Virus record (IMG/VR): IMGVR_UViG_3300034069_001196
Location: 1-64,000 of that record
Source of the DNA: a virus
Strand: one strand, 5' to 3'
DNA: 64,000 nt
The notes under the pieces are model-generated. The model made no database searches and was not told the DNA's origin. It saw nothing but the letters and a program-made list of their open reading frames with translations. This document shows, piece by piece, positions 23,915-32,884 of this stretch (positions are counted from its first letter, which is position 1; each line of letters begins with the position of its first letter). A program made the translations under genes and the position numbers.

Positions 23915-24472
23915 TCAATATACGAAAAACGCAGAAAGCAGGAAATCTCCGACGGGCTTCCGTGCAAAGTTGGCGGACGCATAAACGAAGTTCGCCGCGG
24001 CATCGCAGCGATCGTCGTCCCGGCAGCCGGCCTCGACCAGCCCGGCGCGGATGCAGGCCTCGATGACGGCCTTCTTGCCGGCCTCGCGGGAGCCGTGCTT
24101 CGCCTTCCCGGTCATGTGGACCAGCACGCTCTGGCGCCGGACACCGCGGAATGGGATGCCGTAGCGGACGCACATGCCCGTGATGATGGCGCCCAACTCC
24201 AGGCCCGACTCCACGCCGTTCGCGTCGGTCGGGAATTCCCTCTTCTTGTTCATCTGGAAAAAGGCAGGGACGCTGAGCGGCTCCTCGTAGACGACGAGGT
24301 CGGGACGCCGGTGCTTCCAGACGTCCTGTAGGTAAGCAATCAGGTTGCTGTGCCCGATGGAGCGGTCTTGGCTGGGCTGGCGAAGCTCCACGAATCCTGA
24401 TCGCGGAACCTCGCCAGCGTTGCCGAGCGCGTAGCCCATGCGCCGGCCGGGGTCGAGAACGTGCATGAGCAT
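23915..24472 (-). CDS. RuvC-like Holliday junction resolvase
   Basis: N-terminal VLDPGRRMGYA (RuvC-type Asp) and C-terminal DDDRCDAAANFVYA acidic motif. 185 aa. Confidence 0.65.
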   Translation of the reverse strand: MLMHVLDPGRRMGYALGNAGEVPRSGFVELRQPSQDRSIGHSNLIAYLQDVWKHRRPDLVVYEEPLSVPAFFQMNKKREFPTDANGVESGLELGAIITGMCVRYGIPFRGVRRQSVLVHMTGKAKHGSREAGKKAVIEACIRAGLVEAGCRDDDRCDAAANFVYASANFARKPVGDFLLSAFFVY

Positions 24473-24487
24473 GGCGCCGGCTCCAGA

Positions 24488-25453
24488 TCAGCCGACGCGA
24501 TAGGTGGCCGGTGCCGATCCGAGAGCGTCGGGCCGCGGCGGCGCGACGTTGGTCTCCACTACCTCGTCCTCGTCGTCATCCAGCGGCGGCGGGGGCGGCG
24601 GAGCAGCGGGAGCGGCCGTGGCGGCAGGCTCGGCCTTCTTGCGCGTGCGCTTCGGCTTCTCAGCCGGTGCAGCCTCAGCGGCTTCCTCTGCCGGCGGCGG
24701 AGCGGTCGGGCCGCTGTTCGCCATGTCGCGGAGGTGCGCCTCGGCTTCGGCATTGCCCGCGCGCAGACTCTCGGTGATCTCGCCGGGTTTGGCCTCCGGC
24801 AATTCCTCGACGACATCCTCGGCGGGCTGATCGGCGACCTTCGCGTCCTCGTACTGCTTTTCCAAGCGGACGAGTTCTGCGGCCTTCCGCCCGCGCTTTG
24901 GCGGGTTGGCGGCGCGATAGGTCTCCAGTTGCTTCTCGGCCTCAGCCAGCGGGATGCCGGGCGTCGGCTCCGGCGTGTGGCTGGCAGCCATCTCCTCGAC
25001 GGTGCGGGGCTCAGCCTTTGTCCCGCCGCGGCGCTTGCCCTCGGAGGTCTTATCGAAGCCGGCGGTCTCCCCAGCCTCGTCCGCCGACCCGACTCCGACG
25101 GCATTCAGGTCGAACAGGTCGCGGAAGAACCAGCCGAAGTCGTCGGAATAGCCGAACACGGTGCCGAGGATACGGGCCCGGATGACCGGGTCCTTCTTGC
25201 GGAGCTTCAGCAGGAACGTGACGGCTTCCTTTTCCAGCCCCCGCTTGGTGGTCAGCACCTTCATGGCGTCGGCGGCACCGACCTCCTCCTTGGCCTCCTT
25301 GACCGCCTTCTTCTCCTCCTCCAGCTTCATATCGAGGCCGTAGATGAGGGCGATGCGCTGCTGCAGGTCGGCCGGGCATAGGCTCCGCGCATCATTCTGC
25401 GCGTTGCGAATGGCCTCTTGCTCAGCCGTCAGCTTCTTTTCGATCTTCGTCAT
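24488..25453 (-). CDS. hypothetical protein, Lys/Glu-rich N-domain and Pro/Ala-rich C-tail
   Basis: 321-aa ORF in the replication operon. No family recognised. Confidence 0.55.
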   Translation of the reverse strand: MTKIEKKLTAEQEAIRNAQNDARSLCPADLQQRIALIYGLDMKLEEEKKAVKEAKEEVGAADAMKVLTTKRGLEKEAVTFLLKLRKKDPVIRARILGTVFGYSDDFGWFFRDLFDLNAVGVGSADEAGETAGFDKTSEGKRRGGTKAEPRTVEEMAASHTPEPTPGIPLAEAEKQLETYRAANPPKRGRKAAELVRLEKQYEDAKVADQPAEDVVEELPEAKPGEITESLRAGNAEAEAHLRDMANSGPTAPPPAEEAAEAAPAEKPKRTRKKAEPAATAAPAAPPPPPPLDDDEDEVVETNVAPPRPDALGSAPATYRVG

Positions 25454-25499
25454 GTCGGGGGGACTCCGGGTACGCAGGGCGAATTTCCGAATTCGCGAA

Positions 25500-25730
25500 T
25501 CAAATCTGCGCCGCTACCAGTGTGTCGGCAAGCCCATATTCGGAAAATTCGGGAATCATCCTGGCGGGTGCCATCAGGAAGCCACGCCGGAGGATGGGGC
25601 AGGTCTCACCGCCATGGCGATCGCTGTAGCGCCGGATCACAGCGCCCTCGTCCTCACCGGCCTCTATGACTTGGTGCCAGGTGCCGTAGACGACGAGATC
25701 GCCGGCTGGGGAGACGATGATCCACGTCAT
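25500..25730 (-). CDS. hypothetical protein
   Basis: 76-aa ORF, ATGA-coupled to the upstream gene. Confidence 0.5.
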   Translation of the reverse strand: MTWIIVSPAGDLVVYGTWHQVIEAGEDEGAVIRRYSDRHGGETCPILRRGFLMAPARMIPEFSEYGLADTLVAAQI

Positions 25731-25954
25731 CGGCTGGCCCGCAGGTTAAGTTCCTGACAGAGCAGTCTTGCCGGCTCCTGACCCACGAATATGGCCCGCA
25801 ACCCATCACGAGGGAACGCGAGGCAATTATCGCCATCACGACCGGTCACCATCCAATAGCCACCGCCGGCCGCCTGCATCAGGAATGGCGGATACCCGGC
25901 GGCGAGAACAGGCTTGCCCTCGAGGTGGACCGTGGCGACGAAGGGGGCGCTCAT
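25727..25954 (-). CDS. hypothetical protein
   Basis: Internal ATG at 25954 (MSAPFVATVHLEGKPVLAAGYPPF...), ATGA overlap. Confidence 0.5.
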   Translation of the reverse strand: MSAPFVATVHLEGKPVLAAGYPPFLMQAAGGGYWMVTGRDGDNCLAFPRDGLRAIFVGQEPARLLCQELNLRASR

Positions 25955-26211
25955 GCCACCACCTGCTGGCGCGGCACGAGGCGCGAGACCGCAGGGATGC
26001 GGATGACGGGCTTGTATGTGTCGATGAGGTAGCCGTCGGGGCCGATGCCACGCCACTCGCGGACACGGATGCCGCCCCAGCACAATTCCAGCCAGCGGCG
26101 GCCGATGTCGTCGGTGTGCAGGTCGAGCGGCTTGCCGACCGGCAGGGCCTCGTACTCAGCGACGGTCAGGCGGAGCGTCGGAGCGGGGACGTGGAATGGC
26201 TTGCGAGTCAT
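25951..26211 (-). CDS. hypothetical protein
   Basis: 86-aa ORF MTRKPFHVPAPTLRLTVAEYEALPVGKPLDLH... Confidence 0.5.
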   Translation of the reverse strand: MTRKPFHVPAPTLRLTVAEYEALPVGKPLDLHTDDIGRRWLELCWGGIRVREWRGIGPDGYLIDTYKPVIRIPAVSRLVPRQQVVA

Positions 26212-26337
26212 GGCCGCCTCGATTTCGCTGAGGGGCCGATTGTGGGGGCAATTCTGGAATTACGTCAATTAGGCTGATCGCATATTTCCGGTAATTCGAC
26301 TCGCACAGTATCGAGCCGCCCGTAGGCGGCCACGGTC

Positions 26338-26991
26338 TCAGGCGTTGGGCGTGGGATCGACGTCAGGATCCACCGGATCAATCTCGGCGAAGAACTGCGC
26401 CAGGGCCATCTGGCGGCCCTCCTCCCATGCAGACGACGGACGGCCGGCGCCTTCGCCCTCGCGGAGCTTCTCCGGCGGCACGCCGTTGCGGAGCTTCTCC
26501 AGGCATCGAGCAGCAGACGCCTCGACCTCGCGCTGCCGGGCGGTCAATTGCGTAGCGCCATAGGAGGCGAGGCTGCCATCGCGGCCGAACTGGCGAGAGG
26601 CGCCCCGCATGCGCTGTGCCGTGCGAGTCCGGTCCATCACCGGGGTCTCATCCTCTGGCTTTTCGACAGCCTCGTTCCAGCCTTCAAGGCTCGCGACGTA
26701 GAGCAATTGGGTGAAGCCGACGGATGCCTCGTACCGATTGCGCCCGAACTCCTTACGCCAGAACTCCATCGACTTGAGGCAATTGCGCCGGAGGCCGAGC
26801 TCGCGCTGGGCGGTCTCCTCGTAGTCGCTGATCTTGGCCTCTTCTCGAACGCGAGCGATCTCCGCAGCGCGCTTCTCACGAGCCGCAAATAGGCTGCCGA
26901 TGAAATTCCCGACCTTTGATGGGTCGGACGGCAGGTGCTCAATTGCGGCTTGGTGAGACGTGAGCGTGGTGGTCGTGCTTTGGTACGACAT
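26338..26991 (-). CDS. hypothetical protein (217 aa)
   Basis: Internal ATG at 26991 with AGGGGACAAGGA upstream. First gene after the internal terminator. Confidence 0.55.
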   Translation of the reverse strand: MSYQSTTTTLTSHQAAIEHLPSDPSKVGNFIGSLFAAREKRAAEIARVREEAKISDYEETAQRELGLRRNCLKSMEFWRKEFGRNRYEASVGFTQLLYVASLEGWNEAVEKPEDETPVMDRTRTAQRMRGASRQFGRDGSLASYGATQLTARQREVEASAARCLEKLRNGVPPEKLREGEGAGRPSSAWEEGRQMALAQFFAEIDPVDPDVDPTPNA

Positions 26992-27233
26992 GGTCCTTGT
27001 CCCCTGGGGGAATTGGGCTCTGCCTGGGTGGGCCGGCGAATCGATACCTAGTGGCTGCTTTTTTCTGAGACAACACGCGCACGTTAATAATTGGGGCGCG
27101 AAATGCATATTGGCCCAGGATAATTCTGAAATCAGCGTGATTGCCGGAACAGAATGAGAACATCGCTCGGCCATTACCGCGTGATTAGTGGCAAAATATC
27201 GTATCTCAATAGCGACCGCGCTCCATAGCAGGC

Positions 27234-27273
27234 AGAAAAACGCCGCAGACCGAATCAGAGGATTCGCTGCGGC
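27234..27273 (-). terminator. Rho-independent terminator inside the leftward early operon
   Basis: Minus strand: GCCGCAGCGAATC-CTCT-GATTCGGTCTGCGGC followed by GTTTTTCT, about 30 nt after the stop at 27301. Confidence 0.65.
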
Positions 27274-27300
27274 GCTAAAAACGAAACGGGGTCGGCAGGT

Positions 27301-27711
27301 TTAGGCTTTGGAGTTTGGCTTCTCGAACTTGGCTTTCAGCGCCTCATAGGTCTGCCGCTCCTGTCTCTCAGCGGCTTTCGCCATCCGTGCCTTGCGCTCA
27401 TTCCAGAACGCGGTCTCCCCCGCATCGGGTGGGCGATCGTACGAGATCCTGATCGTTGCGGTGGACCCGTTCTCATCACCATCAGAACCAAACTCGCATC
27501 GCGCCTCGTGCTGGTGCTCTGAGGGGATCGCATTGCGGATCTTGCACAGAGCCGCGATCAGCCTGTTAAGCGTTCCCAACTCGCCGGGCGGACAGAACTC
27601 GAAGCCAGCCCCCTCGTCGGCAGCATCCTCGTAGACCGTGACGCACGCGACAAGGCGCTTCTCGCCTTCGAGATCACGCTCAACCAGTTCAATCTTGTTC
27701 CCTTCGGACAT
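27301..27711 (-). CDS. hypothetical protein (136 aa)
   Basis: ATG at 27711 after AAGGAGG. Confidence 0.55.
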   Translation of the reverse strand: MSEGNKIELVERDLEGEKRLVACVTVYEDAADEGAGFEFCPPGELGTLNRLIAALCKIRNAIPSEHQHEARCEFGSDGDENGSTATIRISYDRPPDAGETAFWNERKARMAKAAERQERQTYEALKAKFEKPNSKA

Positions 27712-27988
27712 CGCCGCCCTCCTTCTCGCTTTGTCTTGCGGCTCGACGCGCTCCGTCGGCGGGCAATATCACGACGGCCTCGATTTGCGCGAGGTCGATG
27801 CTGTCGACGATCACGCGGGCAAAGCGCGGGTCGAGGGACTGCTTGAGCGTGAGCGAGATCACTCGGCCCTCCAGGTGCTTCATCTCCCAACCCAGCACGC
27901 CGTCGACCATGATCGAATTGCCGGAGCGCAGGAGGAATTTGAGGCGGGTGTGTTCCGGCTCGGCGGCCGCGGCTGTTTCGTGTGCCAT
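27689..27988 (-). CDS. hypothetical protein (99 aa)
   Basis: ATG at 27988 after AGGAGAG. Overlaps the next gene by 23 nt. Confidence 0.5.
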   Translation of the reverse strand: MAHETAAAAEPEHTRLKFLLRSGNSIMVDGVLGWEMKHLEGRVISLTLKQSLDPRFARVIVDSIDLAQIEAVVILPADGARRAARQSEKEGGDVRREQD

Positions 27989-27996
27989 GTGCTCTC

Positions 27997-28284
27997 CTAT
28001 TTGTGTGTCGGCCCGAGGCGATTTAGCTTTGCGCGTCGCCCGGTGAATTTCGGCTTTCTCGGAATTCGATTGGCCTTTGGCTTTTCAGCATAATCAAATT
28101 TGGCGCGCTGGCTTTCGGTCAGCGATTTGCGCCATTTCTCCTCCGCCGCGGCCGCACGCGCCGCCAACGAGTCCTTCCTCACGATCGGTGTGCGCTGACC
28201 GTTTTTCATCTCGACGTCGACGCCAAGCACGCTTTCGGTCGGGCCGATCTTCCTGGCTCTTTTCCAATTGATCTTCGCACCCAT
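27997..28284 (-). CDS. hypothetical basic protein, first gene of the leftward early operon
   Basis: ATG at 28284 after AGAGGGGA (MGAKINWKRARKIGPTES...). Lys/Arg-rich. Confidence 0.5.
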   Translation of the reverse strand: MGAKINWKRARKIGPTESVLGVDVEMKNGQRTPIVRKDSLAARAAAAEEKWRKSLTESQRAKFDYAEKPKANRIPRKPKFTGRRAKLNRLGPTHK

Positions 28285-28308
28285 GGTCCCCTCTTTGATT
28301 CTGGACAC

Positions 28309-29071
28309 AGGTCCGCTTTCCGCTTCCCTCCCCCTCCCCGGTTTCCCGGCTTGGCGTAAGCGGCTCTTAGGAGGGTCACTCTTCCAGTCCCGATTACCCT
28401 GCGTGCCCGTATCGTGGGCCAGTCGCTCCCCCGCCCTGTAGATACCGGGCAGGCAAAGGGGGGGTGTACGTAGCGCAGGCTATCCCTCAGGTCGTGCCAC
28501 CAGTCGGGGCGTCGGAATCCCTGAAATCAGGGCAAGTTCCGCCAGGACGTTTCCGGCTGAGAGGCAACCGGCAACCTCGGTCTAATCAAGACGCCCGCCA
28601 AAGGCCGCCGGGGGTGATAGGCCGTCAGAGAGACCCCGGTCTGTCCTGTCCGGCATCGGAGAGCGATCGGTGGTGCTGGCGGGATCCTCCGAGCAGGCCC
28701 AGCACCGACGAGCGCACCCGCAATTCCGGGTGTCGTGCCGACCGATTTCGCGATTTGCAAAGGGATGGTGGCTGGCGGAATTGCGCGATTCGCGCTATAT
28801 CCTCGCTCAACCGGGCCATCGCTATTGCGGGTAGCGACACCGACCAGATGCCTCAGGCGCTTTGGCGAGCGCTTGGGGCTTCGTCGTTTATGAGGCAATT
28901 CCTGAATTTCCGCAATATCCTGATTTACCGGCAATTCGGGCTGTGCCATGCTCGCGCTGTGCCCCGGTAATTCGACCCAGCCGGTCGCGGGGCAGGCCCG
29001 AGCAGCCAATGCATACCCCCTGCTCTACTGCTCGGGCCGCACGGAATCCCCTCCGCACAGCGAGCAGACTA
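28309..29071. other. ORF-poor, hairpin-rich intergenic region at the divergent early switch (possible ncRNA, operator array or origin)
   Basis: The only ORFs (28464-28970 plus strand, 28527-29009 minus strand) have third-position G/C near background by hand count and junk-like composition. Contains GCAATTCC/GGAATTGC 8-mers at 28720, 28777 and 28895, and several GC hairpins. Confidence 0.45.
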
Positions 29072-29272
29072 ATGATCTGGCCCATCTTTCAAGCTCTGAC
29101 TTGGTTGGTGATGTGCATCGTCATGGCGATAGCCTGGTGGCTTGATCTGCCGTTTGGCACAGGTGCGAAGCTGATGATCGCCTATGCCATGCTTGATGTG
29201 GGCGGGCGCTACTTTGTCGAGGCATTTCGAGCCATAGATCGCTACCTCGACCGCCGCTATCGCCGGAATTGA
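29072..29272 (+). CDS. small membrane protein (66 aa)
   Basis: ATG at 29072. MIWPIFQALTWLVMCIVMAIAWWLDLPFGTGAKLMIAYAMLDVGG suggests two hydrophobic helices. Confidence 0.5.
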   Translation: MIWPIFQALTWLVMCIVMAIAWWLDLPFGTGAKLMIAYAMLDVGGRYFVEAFRAIDRYLDRRYRRN

Positions 29273-29275
29273 TCC

Positions 29276-29325
29276 CCTCAAATTTTGTTTCGCCGATTAC
29301 GCTTGGAACGAAATTGAATTTGAGG
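29276..29325. promoter_or_regulatory. AT-rich 50-bp imperfect palindrome upstream of the MerR-like gene
   Basis: CCTCAAATT (29276-29284) pairs with AATTTGAGG (29317-29325). An inner TTTCG/CGAAA pair is also present. Confidence 0.4.
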
Positions 29326-29428
29326 TATTCCACGCACATAGCGCGAGCCCCAGGACGTCCGGGGTGCAGGTGAAGGCCTCGGAGCAGATGCTGCCTCCGG
29401 GGCCTTTGCTTGTTGGGTAGGAGCGCAC

Positions 29429-29719
29429 ATGCCCGCCCAGACGCCTCAGTCCCCGTACAAGACGATCTCTGAGGCGGCGATGCTGCTGGACCTGCCGCAG
29501 CACGTCCTGAAGTTCTGGGAGGCGCGCTTCGCCGAGGTGCGGCCGCTTCGAAAGGGCAAGGCTCACCAGGGCAATCGGCGCTACCGGGTCGAGGACATCG
29601 AGCTCCTCAACGGCATCCGGTTTCTGCTCCACGCCAAGGGCTACACGATCCGCGGAGTGCAGCGGATCCTGAAGGAGCAGGGTGCGCAGGCAGTGCGCGA
29701 CGCGGTACGAAGCGCCTGA
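29429..29719 (+). CDS. MerR-family HTH regulator, first gene of the rightward early operon
   Basis: YKTISEAAMLLDLPQHVLKFWEARFAEVRPLRKGKAHQGNRRYRVEDIELLNGIRFLLHAKGYTIRGVQRIL. Typical of small alphaproteobacterial MerR-like proteins. Confidence 0.8.
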   Translation: MPAQTPQSPYKTISEAAMLLDLPQHVLKFWEARFAEVRPLRKGKAHQGNRRYRVEDIELLNGIRFLLHAKGYTIRGVQRILKEQGAQAVRDAVRSA

Positions 29720-29888
29720 ATTTCTGGATTTCCGATTTTCTCTATTGCCAATTATCGGAATTTCCCTACCCTGAATTCGTCACCGCAAATCGCCCGAGCG
29801 ATAGCCCCGACCATCCCCCCACCGCGCATTTGAAAGGTCGAGCGTTCGTGCGCGCGTGGGTGGAGCGGTGATGAGAGGAGATCTCGTC

Positions 29889-30209
29889 ATGAAACGCCAC
29901 GCGCCCAGCGCCACCGGCTTCGACATCACGTTCGGTAGGGGCTTTCACATCACGTTCGAGAATGGCCACACCGTCAGCGTCCAATTTGGTGGTGGCAATT
30001 ATTGCTCGAATTACGACGTTGAGATCGGCGCAGGTCGAAACGGTCGGCATTTGCCACCTTCTGCAACGGCGGAAGTGGCCGCTTGGGATAGCAATGGCCA
30101 ATTGGTGCGACTCGGTGATGGCGACGATGTGATCGGCTACCAGACGCCAGCCGAGGTGCTCGCCCTTCTCAATAAGATCGCGGCCAGACCCCATGCCGAT
30201 CGAAGCTGA
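29889..30209 (+). CDS. hypothetical protein
   Basis: ATG at 29889, 8 nt after AGGAG. ...TVSVQFGGGNYCSNYD...VIGYQTPAEVLALLNKI. Confidence 0.55.
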   Translation: MKRHAPSATGFDITFGRGFHITFENGHTVSVQFGGGNYCSNYDVEIGAGRNGRHLPPSATAEVAAWDSNGQLVRLGDGDDVIGYQTPAEVLALLNKIAARPHADRS

Positions 30210-30378
30210 TCGCAGCCTCAACTCCCTCCGTCTCGCCCTCGACACCATGGTGGCCAAGGCGACGCGAGAGATGGTCGAGCACGAGCGGCGCGCCGCCGAA
30301 GCGAAGCGCCGCTGCCATCACCTGAGCAACCTCCGCGCGTGCCTGGATAGGCCGCCAGCCACAGGACGCCGCCCATGA
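30193..30378 (+). CDS. hypothetical small protein
   Basis: 61-aa helical ORF overlapping both neighbours. Confidence 0.45.
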   Translation: MPIEADRSLNSLRLALDTMVAKATREMVEHERRAAEAKRRCHHLSNLRACLDRPPATGRRP

Positions 30379-31352
30379 CCGTGAAGACGATGACGCTGGA
30401 GGAGTCGCGCGCCTCCGGCTGGAAATTCTATTATGCGGCGCTGAAGGGCGAGTCCTTCCCGACCCATCCGCATCACGCGCCAATCGGGTTTTTTCGGTAC
30501 TGGAACCGTCACAAGGACAAAAGCTGGCCCGTCGCCATTTGGGAGCACGAAGGCCGGAAGTTTGTTCAGGTCGGCGATGCGGAGCCGGTCGATCTGACCG
30601 AACATGCGGCGGAAGAGGACTTCATCGACAAGACCTTCCGGCACTGCTCGCGGAACGCCATCGACTACGCGGTCTATGAGCACTGGAAGAACAACCGGGA
30701 ATGGCCCCCGGAGACCGGCGCGGCCGCGGCGATCACCGCCAGCCGGACCGCGCGGGAGGAGCCGGCCGGCATCGGCGACAACAGCGGCGCCGATCCGCAG
30801 ATCGAGCATGAGACCTTCCTCGACCAGGTGCGCGCCGCGCTGGCGGGCGCCAAGGACGTGAAGATCGCGAGCGATGCCGACCTGCCGACCGCGAACGGCC
30901 TCCGGAATCGGCTGACCGAATTGGCCTCCGAGGGCGACAAGAAGCGCGTCGTCGAGAAGGAGCCGCACCTCACCGCCAGCCGCGCCGTGGATGATCGCTG
31001 GAATCCGACCATCAAGGAGGCCAAGGAAGGCGCCCGGCGCATCAAGGCCGCCATCGACGCGCACGAGACCGCGAAGCTGCGGAAGCGGCGCGAGGAGGAG
31101 CAGGCTCGCATCGCGGCTGCCAACCCCGTCACCGAGGCGCCAGAGCCCGAGCGCATCGAGAGCACATACGGCAAGCGCTCGACCGTAAAAACGTACAAGG
31201 CCGCGACCGTCACCGACTACGACGCCGTCTTCCGCCAGATGCGGACCAACCCCGAGGTCATCCAGCTTCTCGACAAGCTCGCGCAGAAGGTGATCTCCGC
31301 CGGCGGCACCCTGGAGGGCGTCACGGTCGAGGAGCGGGCCGCAATCCGGTAA
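30375..31352 (+). CDS. hypothetical protein upstream of RecT (325 aa)
   Basis: ATGA-coupled ORF. No nuclease motif recognised. Confidence 0.6.
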   Translation: MTVKTMTLEESRASGWKFYYAALKGESFPTHPHHAPIGFFRYWNRHKDKSWPVAIWEHEGRKFVQVGDAEPVDLTEHAAEEDFIDKTFRHCSRNAIDYAVYEHWKNNREWPPETGAAAAITASRTAREEPAGIGDNSGADPQIEHETFLDQVRAALAGAKDVKIASDADLPTANGLRNRLTELASEGDKKRVVEKEPHLTASRAVDDRWNPTIKEAKEGARRIKAAIDAHETAKLRKRREEEQARIAAANPVTEAPEPERIESTYGKRSTVKTYKAATVTDYDAVFRQMRTNPEVIQLLDKLAQKVISAGGTLEGVTVEERAAIR

Positions 31353-31381
31353 TTCATTAATTCGCTATTCGAGGAATTGAG

Positions 31382-32875
31382 ATGTTCACTGGCACCGCTG
31401 TCGCGACCACCGAGCGCAGATCCGTCATCCGCGAGATGGCGAACCGCTACGGCATGGAACCCGACACCTTTGAGGCGACCGTTCGGGCTACCTGCATGCC
31501 GCAGGGTCGCGACGTGCAGCCGATGACGCGCGAGGAATTCGCGGCCGGCATCATGGTGGCGGAGAAATACACCCTCAATCCGATCCTTCGGGAGATCTAC
31601 TTCTACCCGCGCAAGGGCGGCGGCATCGTGCCGGTGGTGTCGATCGACGGGTGGCTGAGCCTCATCAACCGCCGGAAGGAACTCGACGGGATCGAATTTG
31701 ATGAGGTCCATGACGAGAAGGGCAAGCTCGTCTCGATCACCTGCCGAATCTACCGGACGGACCGCAAGCACGCGACGATTGTCACCGAGCACCTCAGCGA
31801 GTGCTGGCGCGACACGATTCCGTGGAAGATGCCTCACCGGATGCTCCGCCATAAGGCGCTGATCCAGTGCGCCCGCTACGCCTTCGGGTTCGCTGGCATT
31901 CACGACGAGGACGAGGCTGAGCGCATCGTCGAGGGGACCGCTGCGGCTGTCCAGCAGCAGATCGCGCCGCCGGCCCCGCCGCCTCCGCCCGCGCCCGCAG
32001 AGCCGTCCCGCCCTGCCCTGCAGCCCGAGCCGCCCGCCAACGCCAATGCCGGCCCCGCCGCGCCGCCGGTGGAGGATGTCGAGGAGGCTGAGGTGGTCGA
32101 GGAGCGCGAACCGAATCCCGCGCCGATCCCTGTCGAGCCGACGCAGGAGGAGACCTTCGACGCTGAGGCCTGGCTCGACGATGTCCGCGATCGGTTCGGC
32201 GAGGCGCGCACCGAGGCGGATGTTGACGGCGTACATGAGGTCTTTGGCGACACTGTCGAGCATCTCGGCATGACCGAGCGCCAGAAATACCAAGACATGC
32301 ACGAGGCCGCGATGCTGCGCGTCGAGGTCAAGGACCAGCCGGAGCAGGCTGAGGTCACCGGCGAGCCGGGCCCGCCGCCGGCGGATGACGAGGACGACTT
32401 CCCCGGCAACGACGCTATCGCCGAGACCGCGCCGCAGAAGACACCCGGCCAAGTCTACATGGACCGAATCCGCGCGGCGATCACCGATCCGGTCCGGACC
32501 CTGGAGAGCCTCGGCAACCTCTGGAAGGCGACCAAGCCCGAGCGCCAGCAACTGGTCAACGACGGCCACATGACCGCCGAGCAGGTGAAGGTGCTCCACG
32601 GAGAGGTGATGGCGCGCTGGCCCAAGCCCGCAGCCGCAGAGGAGAAGCCTGCAGCGTCTCCCGGCCCGTCGGCACCGCCCGCCGAGCAGGATCCCGCCCT
32701 CGCCTACGATCAGACCTTCCGTCAGCGCGTCGAGGCCTGCGGCACGGTCGAGGAGATCAATGCCCTGGTGCCGGCCACCTTGAGCGAGCGCAACAAGTTC
32801 TCCGGCCACGCCCTGCACAAGGAATGGTCCCAGCTTGTGACGCAGAAGCGGAAGCAACTCTCCGGCATTGCGTAG
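31382..32875 (+). CDS. recT: RecT-family single-strand annealing protein with long Pro/Ala/Glu-rich C-terminal extension
   Basis: GGIVPVVSIDGWLSLINRRKELDGIEFDEV...PWKMPHRMLRHKALIQCARYAFGF. Confidence 0.85.
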   Translation: MFTGTAVATTERRSVIREMANRYGMEPDTFEATVRATCMPQGRDVQPMTREEFAAGIMVAEKYTLNPILREIYFYPRKGGGIVPVVSIDGWLSLINRRKELDGIEFDEVHDEKGKLVSITCRIYRTDRKHATIVTEHLSECWRDTIPWKMPHRMLRHKALIQCARYAFGFAGIHDEDEAERIVEGTAAAVQQQIAPPAPPPPPAPAEPSRPALQPEPPANANAGPAAPPVEDVEEAEVVEEREPNPAPIPVEPTQEETFDAEAWLDDVRDRFGEARTEADVDGVHEVFGDTVEHLGMTERQKYQDMHEAAMLRVEVKDQPEQAEVTGEPGPPPADDEDDFPGNDAIAETAPQKTPGQVYMDRIRAAITDPVRTLESLGNLWKATKPERQQLVNDGHMTAEQVKVLHGEVMARWPKPAAAEEKPAASPGPSAPPAEQDPALAYDQTFRQRVEACGTVEEINALVPATLSERNKFSGHALHKEWSQLVTQKRKQLSGIA

Positions 32876-32884
32876 GAGGCTGTC

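Noticed and set aside
28464-29009. ORFs 28464-28970 (plus, 168 aa) and 28527-29009 (minus, 160 aa) as candidate repressor genes.
   Set aside because: Third-position G/C is near background (about 62-68% by hand count), there is no SD-start arrangement, and the products have no HTH-like segment.
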